NCBI GenBank assembly: GCA_947084985.1
Contig: CAMTUI010000023.1
Location: forward strand, 98,266 to 162,265
Reading direction: 5' to 3'
Length of the DNA stretch: 64,000 nt
Source: Methanobacteriota archaeon
GTDB lineage: Archaea; Thermoplasmatota; Thermoplasmata; RBG-16-68-12
Made by a program: the position numbers and the translations under genes. Under the pieces are notes generated by a model. It made no database searches, was not told the origin of the DNA, and saw nothing but the letters and a program-made list of their open reading frames with translations. Below are positions 52,855 through 61,118 of the stretch, one piece after another. Positions within the stretch are counted from its first letter, which is position 1. Each line of letters starts with the position of its first letter.

Positions 52855-53020
52855 GCTCTAGAAGCATGTCCTCGTACTGTACGTATTGTACGACGGTGGG
52901 CAGCTGGGCATTGCCTCGGGCGGATCCACAGACCTCCCTACGCACGACGACAGGCAAGCCGCCGGAAGGGACCGGTTCATGGCCCGGTCGAAGCGACCGA
53001 GGGCCTGCCCTCCAAGAAGA

Positions 53021-54244
53021 TCAGAAGGGCAACTTGCTCAAGCCAATCGCGAGAGGGAGGAGCGCCTGCTCCCGGCCTAGGAACTTCGCCGTCTGAAGCA
53101 CCGCATTGAGGTAGCTGATCGTGTGCTCCTTCTCGCCGACGGTCCAGTGTCCGTAGAAATCGACCACCATCGCGAGGAGATCGTCAAGGAGCACGCCGGC
53201 TTCGAGGGCCTGCCGCACGGTCTGTTCCGCGGGGGGCGACTTGTACCGGAGGCTCGACTCGACGGCTGCGAGGATCGACTCTCGCTTGACAGCGCTCGGT
53301 TCGCCGAGGGCAAGAAATTCCGGATATCCGAAGCGCGTCGTGAGGGTACGGTACAGCTTCCACGAGAGCCAAGTATTCTCCGACGGAGTGAGGTATCGCG
53401 TCGCGAGCCGCGCCGCGTGGGCTTCGCTCAGGGTGTGGCCAAGGAAACCGGGGTCCGCACTCGCCGCGACGAGGAGGGGCCGATATGCGTCCTCTGCCAG
53501 ACCCTCCGTGGCGAGGGATTGCAAGACGGGCTCCACGCGATCGAACTCCCAGTCCTCGAGGAGTCGGCCGAGCAACTCGACGTCTGGCTCTGCCATGCGG
53601 CCCCCCGCGAGTTCGGGAATCTCCGTGGGCCGTACGCCCTGCAAGGCGACCGCTTGGATGTAACCAAGGTTCGCGAGGGGGACGAGTCCTCGTGGCAAGC
53701 CAAGAGACGAGGCGACATCGGAATACCCGACGCCCATCCCTAGGTTGTGCCCTAGTCGGCCGAGGTCATCCAGGGCGGTCCGGATCGCGAGGTGGGCCGC
53801 CGCATCGAGGCCCCCGTCCAGTGCGACGCGCGCGAGGAGAGTCGCCGCCTTCAGGCCGACACCGTCGAAGACCATTTTGCGATATACGCGTTCCATCTCA
53901 TCGAGGTTCGCGGGCGGCACGGCACGGGCTTCTGCCTCGACCCGCGCGAGTGTCAGGCCGCGTTTCTGCAAGCTGAAGTTGTAGAGGACGAGGAAACGCA
54001 GGAGCCCGAGCCCGCCCGGCGGACGCGTGAGACGCAGGAGGTCCCGCCCGGCCTGCAGCGTCAGCATGCCGTGCGGCGTGTGCAGCTGCGGATCGTCATG
54101 GTTCGAGACGACGAGGAGGAGCTCCTGCAGGATCGGCGCCGCATTCGCGGGGTCCTTCGCGAGCTCGTCGAACATCCGGATACCCTTCTGGTGTTCGAAG
54201 GTCGGGAGGAGAGCGAAGAACCGCTCCAGCTCTTTTGACGCCAA
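53021..54244 (-). CDS. hypothetical protein (407 aa, all-helical)
   Basis: Long protein-like ORF with GC-rich third positions and a TTG start, preceded about 30 nt upstream by GCTAATGT. I recognise no family. Confidence 0.55.
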   Translation of the reverse strand: MASKELERFFALLPTFEHQKGIRMFDELAKDPANAAPILQELLLVVSNHDDPQLHTPHGMLTLQAGRDLLRLTRPPGGLGLLRFLVLYNFSLQKRGLTLARVEAEARAVPPANLDEMERVYRKMVFDGVGLKAATLLARVALDGGLDAAAHLAIRTALDDLGRLGHNLGMGVGYSDVASSLGLPRGLVPLANLGYIQAVALQGVRPTEIPELAGGRMAEPDVELLGRLLEDWEFDRVEPVLQSLATEGLAEDAYRPLLVAASADPGFLGHTLSEAHAARLATRYLTPSENTWLSWKLYRTLTTRFGYPEFLALGEPSAVKRESILAAVESSLRYKSPPAEQTVRQALEAGVLLDDLLAMVVDFYGHWTVGEKEHTISYLNAVLQTAKFLGREQALLPLAIGLSKLPF

Positions 54245-54298
54245 GGCGCGGCAGGAAACGGAGCGCGGGACATTAGCTTGTGCATCCCTCTAAGGCAA

Positions 54299-54309
54299 CG
54301 CTTATGCTG
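54299..54309 (+). promoter_or_regulatory. TATA-like box (CGCTTATGCTG) 29 nt upstream of trxB
   Basis: AT-rich island at the recurrent spacing. Confidence 0.4.
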
Positions 54310-54332
54310 AACGGGGACTTTCAACCGCTGTC

Positions 54333-55262
54333 ATGGCCTTGTACGACGTCATCGTCATCGGCTCGGGACCCGCGGGACTCACCGCGGCGATCTACGCGAC
54401 CCGGGCGAATCTCAAAACACTCGTGATCACCGGGCAGGTCGCCGGCGGTCAACTCATGATCACGACGGACGTGGAGAACTACCCCGGGTTCCCGAAGGGC
54501 ATCCTCGGGCCGGAGCTCATGGAGTTGTGGCGGCACCAGGCGGAACGGTTCAAGGCGGACTTCGCGGACGAGGACGCCACCAAGGTCGACTTCTCCGCCA
54601 AGCCATTCAAGGTGTGGACGTCCAATGAGGCGCATGAGGGTCGCTCGGTCGTCATCGCGACGGGGGCGAACGCAAAGTATCTCGGCCTCCCAAGCGAGGA
54701 GCGCCTCAAGGGCCGAGGGGTGAGTGCGTGCGCGACGTGCGACGGGTTTTTTTTTAGGAATCTCGACGTCGTCGTGGTCGGCGGTGGCGACACCGCGATG
54801 GAGGAGAGCCTCTACCTCTCGAAGCTCTGCAAGACGGTCACGGTCGTCCATCGCCGCGACGCGTTCCGCGCGAGCAAGATCATGCAGGACCGACTGTTCA
54901 AGACGCCGAACATCAAGGTCGTTTGGGACTCCGGGGTCGTCGACATCCTCGGCGACCAGAAGATCGAAACCATCCGAATCAAGAACGTGAAGAGCGGTAA
55001 GGAATCCGACATCAAGGCGCAAGGCCTCTTCCTCGCGATCGGGCATGTGCCCGCCACGGAAATCTTTCGCGGGCAGCTCGCGATGGAGAAGGGCTACATC
55101 GCCCTGCGACCGCGCGACGGGTTTTCGACCGCGACCTCCGTCGACGGCGTGTTCGCCGCCGGGGACGTCCATGACTTCCGATACCGTCAGGCGGTCACCG
55201 CCGCGGGCTTCGGATGCATGGCGGCCCTCGACGCAGAGCGGTGGCTGCAGGGCCACGGCTGA
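54333..55262 (+). CDS. trxB: thioredoxin-disulfide reductase
   Basis: GSGPAG FAD motif, redox-active CATC (SACATCDGFFF) and second Rossmann VVVGGGDTAMEE. Confidence 0.9.
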   Translation: MALYDVIVIGSGPAGLTAAIYATRANLKTLVITGQVAGGQLMITTDVENYPGFPKGILGPELMELWRHQAERFKADFADEDATKVDFSAKPFKVWTSNEAHEGRSVVIATGANAKYLGLPSEERLKGRGVSACATCDGFFFRNLDVVVVGGGDTAMEESLYLSKLCKTVTVVHRRDAFRASKIMQDRLFKTPNIKVVWDSGVVDILGDQKIETIRIKNVKSGKESDIKAQGLFLAIGHVPATEIFRGQLAMEKGYIALRPRDGFSTATSVDGVFAAGDVHDFRYRQAVTAAGFGCMAALDAERWLQGHG

Positions 55263-55325
55263 GCCGCTCCAGCGTGAACGCACGCGCGAAATCCTCAAGT
55301 AGCGTGCGTGGGTTGGACGGCCTCC

Positions 55326-55763
55326 ATGGTTCGGATTTTCCGCGGCGGCGTGCTCGACGAGCGGTTCGAAGGATCCGTCGTGGTCATCGGCCCTCGTCCG
55401 ACGACGATGACGGGGCTCGTGCGCGGGGATCTCTTCGTACGCGACAACAGCGTCTGCGACGTCACAGGCATGGTGTCGGGAAACCTCCTTGCGGAACGGA
55501 CCGGTAAGGCAATCCTGCATGGCCTCGTCACGAAGGCCGCGAAGGCGGCCGGCGGGGACCTCGAGATCTACGGCATGGTCCAGGGCGACGTCGTGAACGA
55601 AGGAGGCCGCGTGTTCGTCGACAAGGGCGCAGTCGTACGCGGGAGGGTCGTCGGCCAGGTCCGCGATGCGCCCCTTCCGCCGCCAGAGAAACCGGCGACG
55701 CCCGCCCCGACCGGGGCGGCGACCGTACCGCCGAAGCCTCCCGCCCCGCCACCGAGCGGGTGA
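55326..55763 (+). CDS. bactofilin-like (polymer-forming beta-helix) protein with Pro-rich tail (tentative)
   Basis: Repetitive G-x-V/I beta-strand pattern (VRGDLFVRDNSVCDVTGMVSGNLLAE...IYGMVQGDVVNEGGRVFVDKGAVVRGRVVG), followed by PLPPPEKPATPAPTGAATVPPKPPAPPPSG. Confidence 0.45.
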   Translation: MVRIFRGGVLDERFEGSVVVIGPRPTTMTGLVRGDLFVRDNSVCDVTGMVSGNLLAERTGKAILHGLVTKAAKAAGGDLEIYGMVQGDVVNEGGRVFVDKGAVVRGRVVGQVRDAPLPPPEKPATPAPTGAATVPPKPPAPPPSG

Positions 55764-55767
55764 GTTC

Positions 55768-56505
55768 TCAGGCCTTCGCTTCGACGATGTCGACAGGTGT
55801 CTCCTTGAGGGGCATGCGGTCCGGCTGTTTCTCCCCGGCGGCGTACAGCTGCAGATACGGGATCAGGTTGCCGATGATCCGGTTCTCCGCCTTCCGGAGG
55901 TGCTCCTCGTACGTGGAGCGGCTCACCCCGAGGCCATTCGCGATGTTTTCCGTCGTGATGTCTCGGGGCGCGTTGTAGTACCCGTAGCGGTGCGCCTTCA
56001 ACATCGCATCCATCTGCTTCGACGTCATGTCGCCGAATAGGCTGTTCACCCAGATCGAGGAGGGGAGGATACTCAATGGCAGTTCTCGCTTCCGGATGAG
56101 CTCGGTCGGCCCGCGCTTGTTGAAGTCGCGGAACAGATCCCGCGTGTTCGTTTCGTCGAATGCAATCACGCGGAAGTGGCCCCAGCCGTCCTTGAAGATC
56201 GCGGGCGGCGCGTCGACCGCCTCGTGCGCCTCCCAGATCTTCCACGGACTGTCCAAGTTGCCGCAGGTGCATTTCAACATGAAGATCCGCGAGTCCGCCG
56301 CCTCGACCCACTGGTCGATGCACTTCCCCGCCTTCCGAATCTCCTTTGCGATGTCCGCGAGGGTGGTTTCGTCCAATGTGGGGACCTGGACCAGCTCGCG
56401 GTTCCAGATGCACCACATCGAGATCGGCAGGCCCGGATGGCGTCCCGAGATTTTCATGAACGGGTAGTCATACTGAGTCCGGAACGAGATCTCCCAGAGG
56501 CTCAT
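55768..56505 (-). CDS. HTH_10 (bacterio-opsin activator-like) DNA-binding protein
   Basis: C-terminal LTSKQMDAMLKAHRYGYYNAPRDITTENIANGLGVSRSTYEEHLRKAENRI, the archaeal Bat-type HTH. The ATG at 56505 lies within ORF 55768..56646. Confidence 0.75.
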   Translation of the reverse strand: MSLWEISFRTQYDYPFMKISGRHPGLPISMWCIWNRELVQVPTLDETTLADIAKEIRKAGKCIDQWVEAADSRIFMLKCTCGNLDSPWKIWEAHEAVDAPPAIFKDGWGHFRVIAFDETNTRDLFRDFNKRGPTELIRKRELPLSILPSSIWVNSLFGDMTSKQMDAMLKAHRYGYYNAPRDITTENIANGLGVSRSTYEEHLRKAENRIIGNLIPYLQLYAAGEKQPDRMPLKETPVDIVEAKA

Positions 56506-56792
56506 GGGACGTCCATCACGTTGCTCGGGGATATAGGTACTGCCGTCATATGACGGCCGCCGAAGGCGGGTCAAATCAGTTCGTCCCCAAAGTCCTTTCC
56601 CATCCCGAGGTGCAAGACATGTACCTAACCGGATTGGAAAACACACGCATTTGGACGGACAGCAACCGCAACTTCACTCTTCGGCAGTATGGCCGGATGG
56701 AGTACGGGTCCTCCGAGATCGGCTGGCTCCTGGCGTCTCCGAAGACGCCGCGGGCTCCGCAAGATCAGAGGCTTCTTCGGGAGGGCCGGCCG

Positions 56793-56882
56793 ATGAGCAC
56801 CTCGGCGTCCATCGCCGCCCTCGTGCTGTGGCTCTTGGTCACAATCTCCGCCCCGTTGGTGATATTCTGGCTCTTCCGCTGA
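56793..56882 (+). CDS. hydrophobic micro-ORF (29 aa)
   Basis: MSTSASIAALVLWLLVTISAPLVIFWLFR, one clear TM segment. It may be the first part of a frameshifted gene together with the next ORF. Confidence 0.3.
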   Translation: MSTSASIAALVLWLLVTISAPLVIFWLFR

Positions 56883-56908
56883 GGCGCAAGGCGCTCGTCG
56901 TCTTCGGC

Positions 56909-57052
56909 ATGGCGGCCGCCTCGCTCCTCGCGATGAACCTCTTCTACCCGGCCGTGTCGCGCGTCGCCGGGCCGCTCACCGGCTTAATAATGATCGCGTT
57001 CACCTTCTGGGTCGTGTTCATGGCGTCGTCGGTCGTGAGGGCGATGGGATGA
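56909..57052 (+). CDS. hydrophobic small protein (47 aa, two TM segments)
   Basis: MAAASLLAMNLFYPAVSRVAGPLTGLIMIAFTFWVVFMASSVVRAMG. The same frame is open upstream as LRRKALVVFG. Confidence 0.3.
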   Translation: MAAASLLAMNLFYPAVSRVAGPLTGLIMIAFTFWVVFMASSVVRAMG

Positions 57053-57177
57053 GGCTGCGGCTGCGGTACTTCCTGAACTCGTTTCGAGGCTTCGCCGCCT
57101 TCGACGTCCACGGCCACGACGAATCCGGCCACTGAAGGCGGCGCAGGTTTTTATCGCACGGCTCCGTCCACGGGACG

Positions 57178-57441
57178 ATGCCGGAAGTCCTAATCCGGTA
57201 CTGCCTCCCGTGTCGATATCAGACGAAGGCGATTCAGGACGCAGACGCGATTCTGGAGGAGTTCGGGGGGGAGTTGTCCGCCCTCCGATTGGTCCCGGGC
57301 GACCACGGCGTCTACGACGTCGAGGTGGACGGCAAGCTCGTGTTCTCCCTCGACAAGGCGACGCGGTTCCCGGAGACGCCCGAGCTGATCCGGGAAATCC
57401 GGGCTCGGATCGGAGCGAAGAAGGCCCGCAAGAAGGCGTGA
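57178..57441 (+). CDS. Rdx (SelW/SelT/SelH-like) thioredoxin-fold protein, Cys form
   Basis: N-terminal CxxC (IRYCLPCRYQ) followed by LVPGDHGVYDVEVDGKLVFS...RFPE, the Rdx family pattern. TATA-like GTTTTTATCG lies 26 nt upstream. Confidence 0.65.
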   Translation: MPEVLIRYCLPCRYQTKAIQDADAILEEFGGELSALRLVPGDHGVYDVEVDGKLVFSLDKATRFPETPELIREIRARIGAKKARKKA

Positions 57442-57553
57442 GCGGCCGCAGTTGACCGTGCCGACGCGGGATGGCATATCCCATTCGACCCGTCATTTGA
57501 CGGCCATCTACGGCGGGTCAACTTCTCTCGGTGAGGGCGTTGTTCTCCCGTGC

Positions 57554-57829
57554 ATGTTCGGAATCATGTACCCGATCTTCGAGCACGAGACGCGAACGAA
57601 CGACCGCGTGCGGAACCGCGAGCTGCACGATTACCTCCGGTGGGAGTACGGCCCGGCGGACCGGACGAGCGTGATTCTGTCCGTGCGGGGCGGTGCAATC
57701 GTGGGCCGCCGAAGCCGGACCGGTCCGCGGCCCCGCACGCTGGTCCGCCGGCTGCGGGCCTGGGCGAAGGCCCTCCGCGCTCCGACCGATGCCTCGGTCG
57801 TGGCGGCGGAACGGCCCGCGCGGGACTGA
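57554..57829 (+). CDS. hypothetical protein (about 91 aa)
   Basis: Third-position GC bias begins at the ATG at 57554, within ORF 57452..57829. I recognise no family. The C-terminus is Arg-rich. Confidence 0.35.
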   Translation: MFGIMYPIFEHETRTNDRVRNRELHDYLRWEYGPADRTSVILSVRGGAIVGRRSRTGPRPRTLVRRLRAWAKALRAPTDASVVAAERPARD

Positions 57830-57850
57830 GCGGAACCAGACCGGCCCGGC

Positions 57851-58885
57851 CTAGTCGATCGCGAGAACGACCTTCCCGAATTGCTTGCCCTTCGCGAGGT
57901 ACTCGTGGGCCTGGCGGGCCTGCTCGAGCGGGAAGACGCGGTCCACGACGGGCCTGAGGCGTCCCATGAAGACCAGCTTCATGACCTCCTCGAATTCCCG
58001 CTGGTTCGCCATGGTCGAGCCGAGGACGGAGAGCTGCCGCCAGAACAGGTAGCGCGCGTCGAGCTCGAGCATGGACCCGGTCGTCGCGCCCGGCACGACG
58101 ACCCGGCCTCCTTTCCGCAGCGTGCGGAGGGAGTCCTTGAACGTCGCCTCGCCGACGTGGTCCACGATCACGTCGACCCCCCGTTTCCCCGTCAGCTCGT
58201 AGACGGCCTTCGACCACGGGATCGCGGTGTAGTTGACGAGCACGTCGGCCCCGAGGGCCTTCGCCTTCTGCAGCTTCTCGTCGCTCGAACTCGTGACGAA
58301 GACCGTGCAGCCCGCGAGCTTCGCGACCTGGATGGCGGCCGTCGATACGCCGGATCCGGCGCCGAGGATGAGGACGTCCTCCCCCGGCCGGACCTTCGCG
58401 CGCGTGATGAGCATGCGCCACGCGGTCATGAACGCGAGTGGGGCCGCGGCCGCCGGGGCGAAGTCCATGTCCGTCGGGATTGCCAGGGCGTTCCGCGCGG
58501 GGACCGCGACCTTCTCCGCGTAGGCGCCGGGGAGGTGCTCCCCGAGGATCTTGTAGTCCACGCACTCGGAGTCCTCGCCCTTCAGGCAATACTCACACCG
58601 ACCGCAGGAGACACCGGGATTCACGACGACGCGGTCCCCGACCTCGAGGTCCGTCACGTCGCTGCCGACCTCCGCGATGTCCCCTGCGGCGTCGCAACCA
58701 AGGATGTGCGGGAGGGTCAGCTTGAGGGCGGGGATCCCCTCGCGCACGAACAGGTCAAGATGGTTCAGGGAGGTCGCATGGACGCGCAGGACGACCTGGT
58801 CCGGACCCGGCACGGGATCCGGATGGTCCGCGACGAGTTCCAGGACGTCGGGTCCGCCATACCGGGGCACGACGACCGCCTTCAT
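57851..58885 (-). CDS. zinc-type alcohol dehydrogenase / quinone oxidoreductase (MDR family)
   Basis: GCDAAGDIAEVG, structural-zinc CGRCEYCLKGEDSEC and Rossmann ILGAGSGVSTAAIQ. Confidence 0.85.
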   Translation of the reverse strand: MKAVVVPRYGGPDVLELVADHPDPVPGPDQVVLRVHATSLNHLDLFVREGIPALKLTLPHILGCDAAGDIAEVGSDVTDLEVGDRVVVNPGVSCGRCEYCLKGEDSECVDYKILGEHLPGAYAEKVAVPARNALAIPTDMDFAPAAAAPLAFMTAWRMLITRAKVRPGEDVLILGAGSGVSTAAIQVAKLAGCTVFVTSSSDEKLQKAKALGADVLVNYTAIPWSKAVYELTGKRGVDVIVDHVGEATFKDSLRTLRKGGRVVVPGATTGSMLELDARYLFWRQLSVLGSTMANQREFEEVMKLVFMGRLRPVVDRVFPLEQARQAHEYLAKGKQFGKVVLAID

Positions 58886-58940
58886 GGTCCCGCCTCGCGC
58901 GACGCCCGCGAAACGGGACGCGCGTACATAAGGAACGTCC

Positions 58941-59237
58941 TCAGCGGACCCGGTACCCTTTCTCCGTCAGCAACCGCACGACGTCCTTCCGGTGGTCGCC
59001 CTGCAGGACGATTACGCCGTCCTTGCCGGAGCCGCCGGTCGCGAGGCCCTTCTTCAGTTCCCGGGCGAGCTTCTCCGCCTCGTCCGGTTTCGACTCGAGG
59101 CCTCGGACGACGGTCACGGCCTTCCCGTATCGGCGCGTGTCCATATCGACGGAAAGCTGGGTCGTCTCGCGGCCCAGGTCCTCGCAGACGCAGATCTCCT
59201 TGGGCAACCCGCACGTTGGGCAAATCCCGGCGATCAA
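58941..59237 (-). CDS. translation initiation factor aSUI1 (eIF1 homologue)
   Basis: 98 aa from the TTG at 59237. (M)IAGICPTCGLPKEICVCEDL...RRYGKAVTVVRGL...LKKGLATGGSGKDGVIVLQGDHR, the archaeal SUI1 pattern. The start overlaps the tfb stop as TTGA. Confidence 0.8.
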   Translation of the reverse strand: MIAGICPTCGLPKEICVCEDLGRETTQLSVDMDTRRYGKAVTVVRGLESKPDEAEKLARELKKGLATGGSGKDGVIVLQGDHRKDVVRLLTEKGYRVR

Positions 59238-60217
59238 GCCGCCTCCGATGGGTTCTCCTTCCCCTCTATGAATTCCTTTAGTAGGCGATAGTGTTTTCGG
59301 ATGGTGACCTCGCTCACGCCCGTCAGGCGGGCGATCTGGGCCTGAGTCAGGGGGACATCGAGGTCCTCCGAGGCCAGGTAGATGGCGCCCGCGGCGATCC
59401 CGACCGGGCTGTTCGCCTCGAGGACCTTCGAGTCGTGGCCTTGGGCCACGAAAACCAAGGCCCGTTCGCTCACCCGGCCGTCGAGGCCGAGCTCGGAGGC
59501 GAAGCGCGGGACGAAGTCCTCCGCCCGCGTCGCGCGGGCGAACACACCGAGCTCCCGGCTGACCACTTTCGCCGTCAGGGACACGCGGTGGACCGTGACG
59601 CCCGTCGCCTGAGAGAGTTCGTGCAGACCGCGCGGGGCGCCGAGTTGCTTCGCGGCCAGGTAGATCACCGCTGCGACGATCGCGTCCATGGATCGACCGC
59701 GGGACAGGCCCGCCTCGATCGCGCGGCGCAGGAGGATCGCGGCCCGCTCCCGGAACGCGGGGGGGAGGCCCATCCGGGATGAGAGGCTCGAGAGCTGGGC
59801 CAGCCCGGGGGCCAGGGCGCGCTCCGTCCGATCGTACCGGGTCCACCGGCTCACGCGGCGCAAGCGGTTCAGGGCCGCCACGCTGCGCGCGTCGATCGGA
59901 TTGCCTTTCGCGTCGCGCAGGCCGTTCCCAACCATGGACCCGAGGCCCTTGTCCGGTGCCATGACGCTCGGCGGCGGACCCGCCCGGATGCGGTCGTCCC
60001 CCTCGAACGTCGTCCAGTCCGGGCCGAGGTCCACGAAGCCCTCGTCGACGACGAAGCCGCAGCTGTCGCACACGCGTTCGCCACGGACGGGGTCGACGTA
60101 CAGGGCGAAGCTGCCGCAGTTCGGGCAGCGGGACGGATCGGAGCCGCCGTCTTGGGAGGGATCGAGCTCTCGCTTGAACGTCAGGTCTTTCTCCGTCATC
60201 GATTCGAAGTTTTTCAT
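59234..60217 (-). CDS. tfb: transcription initiation factor IIB (TFB)
   Basis: N-terminal zinc ribbon CPNCGS...CDSCG, a B-finger/linker region and two cyclin-fold repeats (AVIYLAAKQLGAPRGLHELS..., AAGAIYLASEDLDVPLTQAQIARLTGVSEVTIRKHY). Start is ATG at 60217 or 60199. Confidence 0.9.
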   Translation of the reverse strand: MKNFESMTEKDLTFKRELDPSQDGGSDPSRCPNCGSFALYVDPVRGERVCDSCGFVVDEGFVDLGPDWTTFEGDDRIRAGPPPSVMAPDKGLGSMVGNGLRDAKGNPIDARSVAALNRLRRVSRWTRYDRTERALAPGLAQLSSLSSRMGLPPAFRERAAILLRRAIEAGLSRGRSMDAIVAAVIYLAAKQLGAPRGLHELSQATGVTVHRVSLTAKVVSRELGVFARATRAEDFVPRFASELGLDGRVSERALVFVAQGHDSKVLEANSPVGIAAGAIYLASEDLDVPLTQAQIARLTGVSEVTIRKHYRLLKEFIEGKENPSEAA

Positions 60218-60564
60218 GGTGTCACCTCGCGGGAACGGCCGTCCATGACCCAGCGAGAGGCCCACGTCTCCAGGTCCCGGATCGCCCCGAAGAGGTCCTC
60301 GCCCATCGCGGAGAGGCGGTACTCGACCGCCACGGGACGGTCGAGGAGCACCCGACGCTCCGCGATCCCCGTGTCCTCGAGTTCCTTGAGGGTCTTGGCG
60401 AGGGACGACTGGCACATCTGCGTGGCCGCGCGGATCTCGTTGAACCGCTTCGGCCCGGATAGGAGGCTGTGGAGTACCGTGAGCTTGAGCTCGGATCCGA
60501 TGATCTCGATTGCGAGCAACGCCCCGCATGCGGGACCTTCGCAGAGGATCTCCTTCTCGGACAT
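60214..60564 (-). CDS. HxlR family winged-helix transcriptional regulator
   Basis: 116 aa. IIGSELKLTVLHSLLSGPKRFNEIRAA...LAKTLKELEDTGIAERRV...VEYRLSAMGEDL, the HxlR pattern. N-terminal Cys8 and Cys13. Its stop overlaps the tfb ATG as ATGA. Confidence 0.8.
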   Translation of the reverse strand: MSEKEILCEGPACGALLAIEIIGSELKLTVLHSLLSGPKRFNEIRAATQMCQSSLAKTLKELEDTGIAERRVLLDRPVAVEYRLSAMGEDLFGAIRDLETWASRWVMDGRSREVTP

Positions 60565-60603
60565 GGTCTTCCGTTCGTCGCATCTCTATTATGGAGCCCC
60601 CGG

Positions 60604-60613
60604 CTATAAATAG
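60604..60613 (-). promoter_or_regulatory. strong TATA box (CTATTTATAG on the minus strand) upstream of hxlR-tfb-aSUI1
   Basis: The most AT-rich stretch of the intergenic region, 40-49 nt upstream of the hxlR ATG. A second box, CATAATAGAG, lies at 60581-60591. Confidence 0.45.
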
Positions 60614-60679
60614 TTTCGTTTTCGTACCACGTTCTAGGTTGAAACTTGGTTCGACCTGAAAACCGGTTGCCCGCGCAGC

Positions 60680-61114
60680 TCATCGGGGCGCCATCCGGAG
60701 ACGGACCGCGTTCCGCGCGCTGTCCTCGCCGAATTTCCGGAAGGCCCGGGCCGCATCCGCGAGGAGGGCCTTCGCCACCATCGCGGATTCGGAGTAGAAG
60801 CGGGCCGCGGTCTCCTCGAGGCTCACTCCGTGGGCAATCGCCTCCGTCCCGTCCGCGGGGCCCTCGTCGAACACGTACCGTCCGCCGTCGAGCCCGGAGA
60901 TCGGCTCGAGGATCATCTCGTTCACCCGGGCCCGTGTCTGCTCGAGGACTTTCCTCCGCTGTCGATGCTGGCCCGCCAGCTCGCGCGCGAGGCTCTGCAG
61001 TTCCTCCCCCGTCACGGCGGTCGCAAGCCCCTCGAAGAACGACGCCGCGGCATCCTCGAGGCTCAGCGCGAACCGGACGAGGGAGCCGAAGTTCGTCAGC
61101 TCGGGCGGGTCCAT
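60680..61114 (-). CDS. hypothetical helical protein (144 aa)
   Basis: Protein-like ORF starting 4 nt after the mmsA-like stop. I recognise no family (perhaps a ferritin-like four-helix bundle, unsupported). Confidence 0.5.
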   Translation of the reverse strand: MDPPELTNFGSLVRFALSLEDAAASFFEGLATAVTGEELQSLARELAGQHRQRRKVLEQTRARVNEMILEPISGLDGGRYVFDEGPADGTEAIAHGVSLEETAARFYSESAMVAKALLADAARAFRKFGEDSARNAVRLRMAPR

Positions 61115-61118
61115 CGGC

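Noticed and set aside
52846-53109. 87-aa plus-strand ORF starting inside operator copy 2.
   Set aside because: It has poor third-position GC bias and an Arg/Pro-rich translation. It overlaps the 3' end of the well-formed 407-aa gene on the other strand.
54747-54755. T9 homopolymer inside trxB (encodes FFF of CATCDGFFFRN).
   Set aside because: The reading frame is intact and the tripeptide is conserved in TrxB. I noted it only as a potential slippage or sequencing-error hotspot.
60637-60680. GGTTGAAAC / CTGAAAAC motifs reminiscent of CRISPR repeat termini.
   Set aside because: They are single occurrences with no repeat-spacer periodicity and no cas genes. The region is better explained as a terminator T-stretch plus the promoter of the hxlR operon.
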